NCBI GenBank assembly: GCA_964574655.1
Contig: CAZNOH010000003.1
Span: forward strand, 58,149-122,148
Source: an uncultured Candidatus Saccharibacteria bacterium
Lineage (GTDB): Bacteria; Patescibacteriota; JABMPQ01; JAQVVF01
Length of the DNA stretch: 64,000 nucleotides
Reading direction: 5' to 3'
Shown here piece by piece: positions 1 through 9,941 of the stretch. The notes under the pieces are model-generated. The model was not told where the DNA came from and made no database searches. It worked only from the letters and a program-made list of their open reading frames with translations. Position 1 is the first letter of the stretch. Each line of letters starts with the position of its first letter. The translations under genes were made by a program, and so were the position numbers.

Positions 1-174
1 AACCCCAATTGAAATTAGCTTTTATCACTTTTGCCAGTTCAACTTTTAATGCTTCTTTTCTTCTTGCAGATAATCCAGAAGCATCAATATATTGTCCCAA
101 CTGCTGTTCCCTTTCGCTTCTTTCTATTGCCCTCCTTTTCTCTGGACTGATATTTTCTGCCATATTTTTAAAAA

Positions 175-1920
175 TTATTTTAATCCAATCGCAAAATAAA
201 TATTTTCCGCCCACAAATTAGAAGTTGTATAAACTAGAGTATTCTTCTTCTCAAATAAATTGGCCTTCAGAATCTTCCATTCATCATCATTATAAAAATA
301 CTTTAATCTTAAATTCTTTTCTTTAGCAAATCTGTTTCTCTTTTTTAAATTTTTAAACTCTTTTTGGGTATACTTAAAAGTCAATTTTAATTTATAAATT
401 TTTCCTGAATACTTATCTAAACTATTATTCAGTTTAATATATCTTTTTAAGAAATCAGTTGTTAACTGGCTAGCATTAAAATATTTTTTATACTTCTTTA
501 CTTGTAAATAATATTTAGTCTTTTTTAATTCTTTCGGATATTTGGTAAATTTTAAAGTTAAATTATTTCCATAAAGTTTTCTGTTCTCTTTTATCAAAAC
601 CTCTTTAGACTTAGCTTTTTTTGTAACAAATTTATTAGCATAAATACTTTTTCCGCTCAAGCTAATTATTGTTGTCGCATGATCTGGATCGTTAGAAGTA
701 ATTGTCAAACTTGCTGTTTTTGATCCTGAAGTTTGCGGTTCAAAAACAACACCAACAGTACAATTTCCTTGCGGCAAAACTGCTTGATTAGAACAATTAT
801 CATCTTCCAAAATAAATTCATCGCTATCAGACTCTATTTGGCTTAAATTCAAATTTACTGTTCCTTGATTAGTAATAGTTAAGATTTTTTCTTTTTTCTC
901 GCTCGCCAAAGTTCTGGCAAAATAAAACGAAGAATTTGAAACAGAAATTATTGACTGTTGTTCAACAAAATTACCAGCTACATAAGGCTGATTACCAACA
1001 CTAATTGTATCAATTACTGTATTTGTTAAAGTGTCAATAACTAAAACATTATTTGTATCCAAATTTGCAACGTAAACTTTTGTTCCTAAATAATTAGATG
1101 CAATTCCCCATGGACCATCCCCAACTGGAATTGATGCTACTTCCAAATTATTAGCAGTATTGATTACCATGACTTCATCAATAGTATCATTAGCAACATA
1201 AAGTAAACTGCCAGAAGGATTTAATGCCACGCCAATCGGACCGCTCAAGACGCCTGTGCTAATAGTTGACAACAACAAATCACTGCTAGTATCAATTACT
1301 GAAATATAGTTGCTGCCTGTTGCCGCCACATATAATCTAGTGCCTGAAGAATTGATCACTGCATCATGGAGAAAATTTCCTGCTCCGCTTATTGTTTTTA
1401 TTACTGAATTTGTACTTAAATCAACAACAGAAACATCTCCGCCATTAAAATTAGCCGCATATAATTTTGTTCCTTGTAGATTGATTGCTAATCCTGTCGG
1501 CGTATTTCCAACAGTTATTGTTGCTTCTTGCGTGTCATTCGCTACATCAATCACTGCTAAATAGCCTGGCAACATTCCCATAGAAACATATGCTTTAGTG
1601 CCAGCTGGATTAAAAACAACTCCATAAGGCGAATCGCTTAAACTGATTGTCTTGGTCACAGATTTTGTCACTGTACTTATCACCGAAACACTTTTTGAAT
1701 TTACATTAGCAATATATACTTTTGTTCTGTCTGGACTGATTCCAACGCCAAACGGAAAATCTCCAACAGAAACTGTTTTTACTACATCATTTGTTGCTGT
1801 ATCAATTATTGAAACATCATCTGAAACTGAATTTGTTACATATGCATATGGACTTGCCCAAACCATTGCTGGCAAAAAAAACGCTCCCAAAATCGCCAAT
1901 AACAAATACCTTTTTTTCAT
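175..1920 (-). CDS. Secreted YVTN-type beta-propeller repeat protein with lysine-rich C-terminal domain
   Basis: N-terminal signal peptide (MKKRYLLLAILGAFFLPAMVWA). About 9 tandem ~40-aa repeats of the YVTN/YAxN form (YVTNSVSDDVSIIDTAT, LYVANDTIDEVMVINT...). C-terminal ~150 aa K-rich domain shared with the 37491..39332 protein. Confidence 0.6.
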   Translation of the reverse strand: MKKRYLLLAILGAFFLPAMVWASPYAYVTNSVSDDVSIIDTATNDVVKTVSVGDFPFGVGISPDRTKVYIANVNSKSVSVISTVTKSVTKTISLSDSPYGVVFNPAGTKAYVSMGMLPGYLAVIDVANDTQEATITVGNTPTGLAINLQGTKLYAANFNGGDVSVVDLSTNSVIKTISGAGNFLHDAVINSSGTRLYVAATGSNYISVIDTSSDLLLSTISTGVLSGPIGVALNPSGSLLYVANDTIDEVMVINTANNLEVASIPVGDGPWGIASNYLGTKVYVANLDTNNVLVIDTLTNTVIDTISVGNQPYVAGNFVEQQSIISVSNSSFYFARTLASEKKEKILTITNQGTVNLNLSQIESDSDEFILEDDNCSNQAVLPQGNCTVGVVFEPQTSGSKTASLTITSNDPDHATTIISLSGKSIYANKFVTKKAKSKEVLIKENRKLYGNNLTLKFTKYPKELKKTKYYLQVKKYKKYFNASQLTTDFLKRYIKLNNSLDKYSGKIYKLKLTFKYTQKEFKNLKKRNRFAKEKNLRLKYFYNDDEWKILKANLFEKKNTLVYTTSNLWAENIYFAIGLK

Positions 1921-1980
1921 TTTTATTTTTTTATTTATAAATAAATCTTATTTATTATAACACAATTATTTAAAACAAAA

Positions 1981-2010
1981 AAACCACTTTTCAGTGGCTT
2001 TTTTTCTAAA
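1981..2010. terminator. Bidirectional rho-independent terminator hairpin (ccacttttcagtgg flanked by A/T runs)
   Basis: Perfect stem-loop with T-runs on both strands, immediately downstream of the DsbA-like gene. Confidence 0.5.
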
Positions 2011-2023
2011 AATCAATATAATC

Positions 2024-2707
2024 TTATTTCTTTAATTCTTCTTCAATAATCTTCTCAAAAGCTTCATAAGGCTGTGCACCGACTATTTTTCTACCGTTAA
2101 TAAAGAATGCCGGTGTTCCGTCTACCCCAGCTGCTTCTCCATCAGCTAAATCTTTTTTAACTTCATCAGCAAATTTATTGCTATCCAGACATTCATTAAA
2201 TTTTGTTGCGTCTAATTTTAAATCAACAGCATATTTCTTTAAATCAGCAATTGTTAAAGCCTTTTGGTTAGCATAAAGCAAACCATGATAATCCCAAAAT
2301 TTTCCTTGCTCATCAGCGCATTGTGATGCTTCAGCTGCTTTTTGAGCATTCTTATGAATTGCTAATGGAAAATCTCTGTATACCAACTTCACCTTGCCTG
2401 CATATTTATCCATAATCTTTTTTAAAGTCGGCTCAACTTTTTGACAAAATGGACACTCAAAATCAGAAAATTCAATAATTGTTATTTTTGCATTGGAATC
2501 GCCTTTTACAGGATCATCATCAGCGCTCACGTTAACAACTGCCTCTTCATTAGCATTGACTGCTTGTTTTGGCTCGCCTTTTACATCATTGCCCACATCA
2601 CTACCCTTATTGCTAAAAATTATTGCACCTGCAATTATTGCCCCAGCAATAACAATTGCCAAAGGCATAAACATTGCACTAGACTTTCCTGATCTCTCTT
2701 CTGTCAT
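2024..2707 (-). CDS. Membrane-anchored DsbA-family thiol:disulfide oxidoreductase (thioredoxin fold)
   Basis: N-terminal TM helix followed by thioredoxin-like domain with CPFC active site (FSDFECPFCQK). Confidence 0.75.
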   Translation of the reverse strand: MTEERSGKSSAMFMPLAIVIAGAIIAGAIIFSNKGSDVGNDVKGEPKQAVNANEEAVVNVSADDDPVKGDSNAKITIIEFSDFECPFCQKVEPTLKKIMDKYAGKVKLVYRDFPLAIHKNAQKAAEASQCADEQGKFWDYHGLLYANQKALTIADLKKYAVDLKLDATKFNECLDSNKFADEVKKDLADGEAAGVDGTPAFFINGRKIVGAQPYEAFEKIIEEELKK

Positions 2708-2720
2708 AAAATTATTGTTA

Positions 2721-3467
2721 TTATTTTTTAGTTTTTAATTTGAATATAATAATCAACCCAACAACACCGATTAGAATAGACAACCATTGCGAAATTGTTA
2801 GGTTATAGTATCTTACATCAAAGCTTCTAAACATGTCAATAATTAAAAATCTAAATAAAGAATACCAGACTAAAAAACTAGCAAATATTATTCCATCAGT
2901 TTTAATCTTTTTTCTTAAGAACCAAAATATAATAAAAAATAATAAACATAATAATGATTCATACATCGCTGTTTCATGTCTAATAACACCATTTTCCATA
3001 TTAAGACCAAAAAACCAAGCTCTTTGCATTACAATGCCCAAATGGTCATGAATCATAAAACAACCGATTCTCCCAACAAACAACCCAAAAGATAAAGCAA
3101 TCACCAAAATATCAGCGATCTTCCAAAAATCTATTCTTTTTTTCCAGATATAAATAAAATCTAAAATAAAAGCTAAAAATAATCCGCCATAAAAAACCAT
3201 TCCGCCTTCCCAAACCTTAAAAATATCCCAAATATTTTTATATTCAGAAAAGTATTGTATTGCATAAAAAATTCTTCCTCCAACAAATCCGCCAATAAGA
3301 CTTAACAAAACTAAATTTAAGATATGGCCAGTATTTATTTTTCTTTCTTTTGCTAAATAATTAGCAACAAACCAAGCCAATACAAAAGCAAGAGCTTGAA
3401 ACAAGCCCCATACAAATATTTTAACAGGCCCTAAATTTATATACTCAAAAGTAAAATATGGAATCAT
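2721..3467 (-). CDS. lgt: Prolipoprotein diacylglyceryl transferase
   Basis: Polytopic membrane protein with Lgt-like motifs (GGRIFY; HETAMYES resembling the H-x-x-x-Y-E signature). VKOR was considered and rejected because there is no CXXC. Confidence 0.65.
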   Translation of the reverse strand: MIPYFTFEYINLGPVKIFVWGLFQALAFVLAWFVANYLAKERKINTGHILNLVLLSLIGGFVGGRIFYAIQYFSEYKNIWDIFKVWEGGMVFYGGLFLAFILDFIYIWKKRIDFWKIADILVIALSFGLFVGRIGCFMIHDHLGIVMQRAWFFGLNMENGVIRHETAMYESLLCLLFFIIFWFLRKKIKTDGIIFASFLVWYSLFRFLIIDMFRSFDVRYYNLTISQWLSILIGVVGLIIIFKLKTKK

Positions 3468-3550
3468 GCAAATGAATTATGAATCAAGAATAATGAATTA
3501 TGAATCTTTTTCGACTTTACAAACTTTATAACTTTAAAAACTTTATAAAC

Positions 3551-4429
3551 TCACAACAATACCAAAATTATTCCCATTATAACTAAAGCAATTCCCATAA
3601 TCAATTTTAATGTCTTGAGTTTTGATTCTTGCCACTCTTTCAACACTGCAATCTTTTTTCCAGCTAAAACCAAAATCCAAATTGTTATTAATGGCAAAAC
3701 AAATAATAAGTTATAAAGCAAAAGGTAAAAAATAATTCGCGCAATTCCTAAATTATCATGCATTATCTGAACAGATCCAACATACAAAGGCAAAGAACAA
3801 GGCATTTCAAATAACGTTACTAAAATTCCCAAAATAATCGTTGACGGAATGCTCGCCTTTTCCACAAATTTAGTCAACATCCATCTTCTTTTTTGCGAAA
3901 CTTCCAAAGAAAAACCCTTTCCATGCCACCAAAAATCTTTAATATTAATCAAGCCTGCAACAACAATAAAAAATGCCAAAACATATTTCAGATACAAAGA
4001 AACATCGCCAAAATAAGGCATTGTCACCAAAACATCGATAAATTTATAAAAAAACACACCAACTAAAAAATATGTTGAAAAGACAGTGATAATATAGATT
4101 CCTCCAATTTTCAAAATCTCTTTAAATTTTTTGCCATTATCCTCTTCTTCAGGATGTACAAAAATAATTAAATAACCTAACAACAAAATAATTAATCCAA
4201 TTGCGCATGGATTGATTCCATCAATCAAACCAGCGACTATTACTATTGACAAGGTTAATTGTTCTGCATTCAAATGCAACATTTGCCCAACATCACAACC
4301 AAAAATAACAATTTTTTGCGCCTTACAAGTTGCTTCTGCAGCCAAAGCAAAATTAGAAAAACTAGCAAATAGCAAGCAAGAAGCAATAACTAACAAAATT
4401 ATAAAATTTGTTTTTCTAAAATATTTCAT
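3551..4429 (-). CDS. CcdA/DsbD-family transmembrane thiol-disulfide electron transporter
   Basis: Multi-TM protein with one Cys in each of two half-repeats in a proline context (GINPCAIG and EMPCSLP), as in CcdA. Adjacent to the DsbA-like gene. Confidence 0.55.
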   Translation of the reverse strand: MKYFRKTNFIILLVIASCLLFASFSNFALAAEATCKAQKIVIFGCDVGQMLHLNAEQLTLSIVIVAGLIDGINPCAIGLIILLLGYLIIFVHPEEEDNGKKFKEILKIGGIYIITVFSTYFLVGVFFYKFIDVLVTMPYFGDVSLYLKYVLAFFIVVAGLINIKDFWWHGKGFSLEVSQKRRWMLTKFVEKASIPSTIILGILVTLFEMPCSLPLYVGSVQIMHDNLGIARIIFYLLLYNLLFVLPLITIWILVLAGKKIAVLKEWQESKLKTLKLIMGIALVIMGIILVLL

Positions 4430-4525
4430 AAACTAAAGATATCATAACAATATTAGATATTCAAGAAGCATATTTTTTACTTTTGCCTTGTAACTTTTTA
4501 CTTTTTCTTTTTTAATTTTGCCTTT

Positions 4526-6166
4526 TTATAAAATTTCTTCTCGCTTCTCTTTGATATACACAATCCAGTCTTCTATTATTTCAATCATTAATTGAAATGG
4601 GGCTTCAATCAAAAAATCCATTACAAAAATAAAAATATTAACTCTGGAAAAAGTATTTGAAATCCATCTGCCAAACCTTAAAATTGGCAAAGTAAATATA
4701 TCAAACAAAAAAGTAATAACATTCTCTTTTTCAGTTTGCAAGATTAATTCTCTAACAGATTGCCTCAATGACACTCCAAAGAAACAGACAATGCTAAATA
4801 ATACGATGAAAATAGCGCCTGAAACATAATTAAAATCTAATCTATGCAATGCCCAAATTATAAAACCAAAAGTCATTGAAAAAACAAGCAAATATAAAAA
4901 GGAAAAAATAAAATTAAAAATAAATTTTCTTTTTCTTAATAAAACTCTTTCCCTAACAAATATTTTTCTTTTTACATCATCATAAACAATTTCTTTTATG
5001 CCAGAAACTATTTTATCAGAATTCTTTTCTCCTGGCACTCGCACCAACAAAGCAACTAAAAATATCAAAAACGGCGGAATCAAAATATTTACTGTAAATG
5101 CCGAATAATTTATCAACGAAAGAAAAATCAATTCATAAGGCACTTCAATAATCAATGCCAACAAAATTTTTGTAAGCAAAATATAAATAACAGCCCGAAC
5201 AGCCTTGCGTCTTAATTTTATCTTAAATTCAGCATATTTTTCTAAACACACAGAACGCAATTTATCTTCCAAAGACAGAATATCAGGTGGCTGAAAAGGA
5301 TCAAATTCAATTGATGGTTCTGGCGGATTCAAAAATAATTCCTTTGCATTTTCCGGACTTTGATCAATAAAGCTTTTTAAAATTACAAATGGCGCAACGT
5401 ATTTTCTGACTAGCTGATATAATCTGTTCGACATTTTATGATTCAACTGTCGATCAATTCCCTCTTTTATTAAATCAATATCATTAGCAATTTTTTCAAT
5501 TGTCAAATATGACGGCTTATCAAACCAATTCGGAAAATGCAATCTAAACAGATGATAAGACAATATATCATCGTCTGACTTAATCAACGCGCGATGTATT
5601 GCTATATAAACTTGAATATCTTTTTCTCCTTCTCTAATTCCTTGCTGTTCCAAAGAAATCTTTTTCGCCAACATGTCATACATGCAATTCACCAAGGCTG
5701 ATTCCACTATTTTTGGTTTTAACAAATTATCAATTTCACAAGCTGCAATTGCCAACAACCACTCAATTTTTTTCGATGATCCAGGAACTTCTCTCTTTGC
5801 CAATTGATTGTTTAAGAAAATATATTTATTCAAGATACCGCCGATTTCATAAACAGTTTCTTCAGTCACGCTCATGTTTTCAAGATGCCTTGATCTGATT
5901 AGCTCTCTAACTAATGAATCTGCAATATTCCAAGCCTTGTTTTTATGGACAAATCTTCTTTTTATAATTCTCAAAATAGCGCTTTTTCTCAACAAATGTT
6001 CCTCCCGATAATCAACAGCTGTCCTAATTTTTTCATAGAAAAAAGACAGTGTTCCAATCACCTCATTGACTTTTATCAACGTTCCTTTTTTTTTCTTAGC
6101 CAAAGATGAAGCTTCTAAAAAAGCATCAAACAAATCATCGGCCCTTTTGGATAACCTTTTTTGCAT
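4526..6166 (-). CDS. Hypothetical protein with soluble N-terminal region and C-terminal polytopic membrane domain
   Basis: Long ORF, uniform AT-rich coding composition. About 300 aa hydrophilic then about 5 predicted TM helices. No recognisable motif. Confidence 0.5.
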   Translation of the reverse strand: MQKRLSKRADDLFDAFLEASSLAKKKKGTLIKVNEVIGTLSFFYEKIRTAVDYREEHLLRKSAILRIIKRRFVHKNKAWNIADSLVRELIRSRHLENMSVTEETVYEIGGILNKYIFLNNQLAKREVPGSSKKIEWLLAIAACEIDNLLKPKIVESALVNCMYDMLAKKISLEQQGIREGEKDIQVYIAIHRALIKSDDDILSYHLFRLHFPNWFDKPSYLTIEKIANDIDLIKEGIDRQLNHKMSNRLYQLVRKYVAPFVILKSFIDQSPENAKELFLNPPEPSIEFDPFQPPDILSLEDKLRSVCLEKYAEFKIKLRRKAVRAVIYILLTKILLALIIEVPYELIFLSLINYSAFTVNILIPPFLIFLVALLVRVPGEKNSDKIVSGIKEIVYDDVKRKIFVRERVLLRKRKFIFNFIFSFLYLLVFSMTFGFIIWALHRLDFNYVSGAIFIVLFSIVCFFGVSLRQSVRELILQTEKENVITFLFDIFTLPILRFGRWISNTFSRVNIFIFVMDFLIEAPFQLMIEIIEDWIVYIKEKREEIL

Positions 6167-6264
6167 ATCAAACTATTTTAATTAAAAATACTTATTTAGT
6201 CAACAAAAAAGACAGACTTTTCAAATCCATCTTTGACTTTATAAACTTTATAACTTTATGAACT

Positions 6265-7509
6265 TTAAACTTCGATATATCCCTTCTCCCAATTATCAAC
6301 AATCATTTTTTCCATCATTGTCTTACCACCCACATATTCATAAAAAATCTTATTCCATAAAGACTCTTGATGATGATAAAGATATTTGATCATTTCTTTC
6401 TGCTTTGCCAATCCCATCTCATTATCAATTAAATTAAAACCGATCAACTCATCCTCTAAATCTCCCTTGAAAAAACCTCCTACATAATTTAATCCTTCCC
6501 AAAAAGTGAACTCCAGTCCTTTATATTTAGCATCTAACTTTACCAATGATTCTTCAGCCTTAGACCAATGTATTGTTTCAGGATTGACATGTGGCTCAAA
6601 TAATCTAAAATCATTCTCATCGTCTTTTGCTAAATATCGCTGTACTATTCTAAAAAAACCGAATGGCAGTTTCTCGCTCAAAACATCTCCTCTTATTAAA
6701 GAAACTAAAGTCTCGCCAAAAACACTGTTTTCTTTGTGTTTTTCCAATAATTTAGTATAAAAAGGAATTTCGTTTAAATAATGCAAAATTAAAGAAAACA
6801 TTCTCAAAGTCTCGCCGCAAATTCCAGAAGAAATTGGAATAATAAAAATTAATCCTAATTCTTTCAAATGGCTGAGATTGTGATATTTTTTCTTAACAAA
6901 TTTCTGAGCAACTTTTAACCATTTTACATCTAGTACCATAATCTCAATATCACGGTATTCAAAATCAGAAGGTTTCAATTTTAAATAAGCCTTGCTAAAA
7001 ACATTATTCATCCAATCCCTTGATTCTACAAATCTTAATGCAGCGTAAACTTCTCTCCAATCTTCTTTTTCCAATAATTCTCGGGTGTTTTTATATTTTA
7101 AAGCCGACAAAATATTAGGTGGCGGATTTGTCAACAAAATTTCTTTTGCTTTATCTTTTTTAATAAAAAAACCATTCTTTTTATCAGTTATTTCTAAAGC
7201 CAAAGCTATTGCCTGATGACAACTTTCCTTTTTCTCACAATTAGGCTCGCCTAGTATTTCAAACAAATCCTTGTCATCTTTTTTCAATTTAGTAATAATT
7301 GCTTTATGGACATCAATCGCTTTGCTATTTTTAGGTACTTTTAAAATTCCCAATAGCTCTTTTATTCTAAAATTATTTTCAGCAATAATTTTATCCAAAA
7401 CCAAAGTTTTATTAAACTTCTTTTCCATCAATTCAACAGTTTTTAGAACAGTAATCTTGTCGGTCCTCAGAATTCTTGCAATTTTTTCAGCTGATATATG
7501 ATTAGCCAT
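6265..7509 (-). CDS. Hypothetical protein (414 aa, start trimmed to ATG outside the palindromic repeat)
   Basis: Long ORF. The track start at 7551 lies inside repeat element A. The internal ATG at 7507-7509 (MANHISAEK...) is more plausible. No recognised domain. Confidence 0.45.
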   Translation of the reverse strand: MANHISAEKIARILRTDKITVLKTVELMEKKFNKTLVLDKIIAENNFRIKELLGILKVPKNSKAIDVHKAIITKLKKDDKDLFEILGEPNCEKKESCHQAIALALEITDKKNGFFIKKDKAKEILLTNPPPNILSALKYKNTRELLEKEDWREVYAALRFVESRDWMNNVFSKAYLKLKPSDFEYRDIEIMVLDVKWLKVAQKFVKKKYHNLSHLKELGLIFIIPISSGICGETLRMFSLILHYLNEIPFYTKLLEKHKENSVFGETLVSLIRGDVLSEKLPFGFFRIVQRYLAKDDENDFRLFEPHVNPETIHWSKAEESLVKLDAKYKGLEFTFWEGLNYVGGFFKGDLEDELIGFNLIDNEMGLAKQKEMIKYLYHHQESLWNKIFYEYVGGKTMMEKMIVDNWEKGYIEV

Positions 7510-7526
7510 ATCTTTTTTATTACCAA

Positions 7527-7647
7527 TCACCAAGAAACAAGATACAAACAAATTTCAATACTCAATAACCAAAAAGCAAACTCGTCACTGTTTGGTTATT
7601 TTAATTTGGTTTTTGAATATTGTTTGTTTCTTGTATTTTGGTTATTT
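7527..7647. repeat. Palindromic MITE-like repeat element, copy A
   Basis: Imperfect inverted repeat with ~50-bp arms (caagaaacaagatacaaacaa ... ttgtttgtttcttgtattttgg). Shares sequence with 11561..11685 and 49563..49686. Confidence 0.6.
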
Positions 7648-7653
7648 TAATTA

Positions 7654-8601
7654 TTATAGTAGATAATCTTCAACATTTACTTTTTCAAATTTACTTAATC
7701 CGCTCTTTGTCATTAATCCATTTTTTGCTCCAATTTTTGTCACAACAGATGAAGCATTCGCCGTCGCCAACTGGATTGCATAATCAACATCATTTTTTAA
7801 AATTAATCCTGAAACAAATCCAGATCCAAAAGCATCACCAGCTCCTGTGCTTTCAACTGCTTTTCCGCCTAAAGCCTTAGCTTTATAACAAGTTTTCCCG
7901 CTACAAACCTCAACGCCTTCCATGCCATTAGTAATTACTACGATTCCGTCTGTCAAACTATCCAATTTTTCAAAAATTTCTTTCTTTTTATCAAGACCAG
8001 TTAATTCTTTTGCTTCCTCTAAATTCAAAAATAAAACTCCGACCTTAGCAAGAAAAGGTTTTAACTGATTTATTCCTTGTTTTATTTCACCACTTCCAGG
8101 ATTCCAGGCAATTCTTATTTTCTTATCAAGAGCGCAGTCAAAAATAGTTTTTAAAACCTTTAGATTAGAAGAAAGCGAAGTAACATAAAACCACTTTGCA
8201 TTAATTCTGCTGCAAGGAATATCAGACTGCTTGAAATTTTCACTAGTTCCACGATGCACCAAAGCTACTCTGCCATTTTCTGTTGAAATAATAATAGAAT
8301 AAGCAGTATAAAGATCAGAGGTTTTAACAATAAATTGCTGACTAATTCCAAATTTTTTTAAATCTTCCAACACCGCCTTGCCACCAGGATCATTGCCGAT
8401 CCTACTGATACAAGCAGTGCTTAATCCTAAATTAGAAAAAGTTGCTGCTGCATTCGTTGCTCCTCCGCCAGTAAAAAAGAAAATTTCATCAACATCATTT
8501 TTCGATCCCAAATCAAAAGACAAAATATCTTTTGTAATTGGAAATTTGCCCTTCAAAAAAACATCACGAGTCGCCGAACCAATTGTAATTACATCAAACA
8601 T
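7654..8601 (-). CDS. PfkB-family carbohydrate kinase (ribokinase/fructokinase-like)
   Basis: GGGATNAAATFSNLG (PfkB signature 1 region) and TGAGDAFGSGFVSG (signature 2). Confidence 0.8.
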   Translation of the reverse strand: MFDVITIGSATRDVFLKGKFPITKDILSFDLGSKNDVDEIFFFTGGGATNAAATFSNLGLSTACISRIGNDPGGKAVLEDLKKFGISQQFIVKTSDLYTAYSIIISTENGRVALVHRGTSENFKQSDIPCSRINAKWFYVTSLSSNLKVLKTIFDCALDKKIRIAWNPGSGEIKQGINQLKPFLAKVGVLFLNLEEAKELTGLDKKKEIFEKLDSLTDGIVVITNGMEGVEVCSGKTCYKAKALGGKAVESTGAGDAFGSGFVSGLILKNDVDYAIQLATANASSVVTKIGAKNGLMTKSGLSKFEKVNVEDYLL

Positions 8602-8738
8602 AAGTTAAAAAATTAAATTGCTAAATTGCTCAATTGTTTCATTGTTAAATTATTAAGACATTAACATTGCTAACAATTTAGCATTTAAAAATTTTGGATT
8701 GCAAAATTTTTAAACAATTTAACATTTTTATAATTTTG

Positions 8739-9749
8739 TTATTTTATTAACGCTCCAGACTTAATTACATGTTCTACCAAAGTCACCGCGTATCCCCACT
8801 CGTTATCATACCATGCCATAACCTTGACCAAATTTCCTCCAACAACTTTTGTAAGCTCTGCATCAACAATGCCAGCATGTACATTACCAATTACATCATG
8901 CGAAACAATTGGATCATTTGAAATCTCTAATAAATCTTTCCATCTGTCTTCTCTGCTTGCCTCTTCCAAAATATTGTTAACTTCTTCAACTGTTGTATCT
9001 CTTTTAGAAATAAAAGTCACATCTGCAATAGAACCGCAAACAACTGGTACGCGAACAGCAATACCATCAAAATTTCCCTCTAAATCTGTTATTGCTTCAG
9101 TCGTTGCTTTTGCCGCACCTGTTGTTGAAGGAACTAAATTTTGCGCTGCTGCTCTTCCTCTTCTCATGTCTTTCAAATCAGCCGGGCCATCAACAATGCT
9201 TTGTGTCGCAGTATAAGCATGAGTCGTATTTAGTAAAGCTTTTTCAATTCCCAATTTATCATTCAAAATTGCCACGACTGATGCAATTGCATTCGTTGTG
9301 CAAGATGCATTGGAAGTAATCACATCATCTTTCATTCTTTCCTCGTTTACTCCTAACAAAACAATCGGCACCCCATTTTTGGAAGGAGCAGAAATTACCA
9401 CTCTTTTTGCGCCAGCATCAATATGCATTTTTGCTTTTTCCTTTTCAGTAAATACGCCAGTACACTCAACAACCACATCAACATTCAATTGCTTCCATGG
9501 CAATAATTTAGGATCTTTTTCTTGGGTAAATTTTACTTTCTTTCCTTCTACAACTAAATTACCATCAGCGACTTCAACCTTCTTGTCATATTTTCCATAA
9601 ACAGTGTCGTTCTTTAAAAGATAAGCTAAATTTTCTAGATCGCCTAAATCATTAATTCCTACAATCTCTATTTCATCCTGGCGTTCAAACGCAATTTGAA
9701 AAAACTGTCGGCCGATTCGACCGAAACCATTGATTGCGACTTTTGTCAT
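8739..9749 (-). CDS. gap: Glyceraldehyde-3-phosphate dehydrogenase
   Basis: NGFGRIGR NAD-binding motif, active-site SNASCTTNA, full-length 336 aa. Confidence 0.9.
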   Translation of the reverse strand: MTKVAINGFGRIGRQFFQIAFERQDEIEIVGINDLGDLENLAYLLKNDTVYGKYDKKVEVADGNLVVEGKKVKFTQEKDPKLLPWKQLNVDVVVECTGVFTEKEKAKMHIDAGAKRVVISAPSKNGVPIVLLGVNEERMKDDVITSNASCTTNAIASVVAILNDKLGIEKALLNTTHAYTATQSIVDGPADLKDMRRGRAAAQNLVPSTTGAAKATTEAITDLEGNFDGIAVRVPVVCGSIADVTFISKRDTTVEEVNNILEEASREDRWKDLLEISNDPIVSHDVIGNVHAGIVDAELTKVVGGNLVKVMAWYDNEWGYAVTLVEHVIKSGALIK

Positions 9750-9866
9750 ATTTTTATTTTAATAAATCAATAACTTAAATAAGTATAGCACAAAATATTT
9801 ATAGCTAAAAATATTTAGCATAAATTTATTATATCAAAAAAATCTACCTTTAAAAGTAGATCTCTT

Positions 9867-9941
9867 TGGTACCGCCACGGAGAATCGAACTCCGGTTGTC
9901 AGGATGAAAACCTGATGTCCTAGCCACTAGACGATGACGGC
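9867..9941 (-). tRNA. tRNA-Glu (anticodon UUC), CCA encoded
   Basis: Manual fold of reverse complement: acceptor GCCGTCA/TGGCGGT, D-arm GTCT..GGAC, anticodon stem TCAGG/CCTGA with loop TTTTCAT (anticodon TTC), T-arm CGGAG-TTCGATT-CTCCG, 3' ACCA. Confidence 0.8.

Noticed and set aside
9-221. ORF 9..221 (+) at the window edge
   Set aside because: Low-complexity translation, overlaps the 3' end of the minus-strand propeller gene, no motif, so it is unlikely to be real.
1310-1960. Plus-strand ORFs 1310..1564 and 1652..1960 (and similar ones at 8824..9216, 25633..26184, 27716..28081, 47111..48052 and others)
   Set aside because: They lie antisense to clearly identified genes, have low-complexity translations and no motifs, so they are shadow ORFs.
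2721-3467. Vitamin K epoxide reductase (VKOR) as the partner of the DsbA-like protein
   Set aside because: No CXXC motif in the membrane protein. Motifs fit Lgt better, and the CcdA-like protein next door supplies the redox partner.
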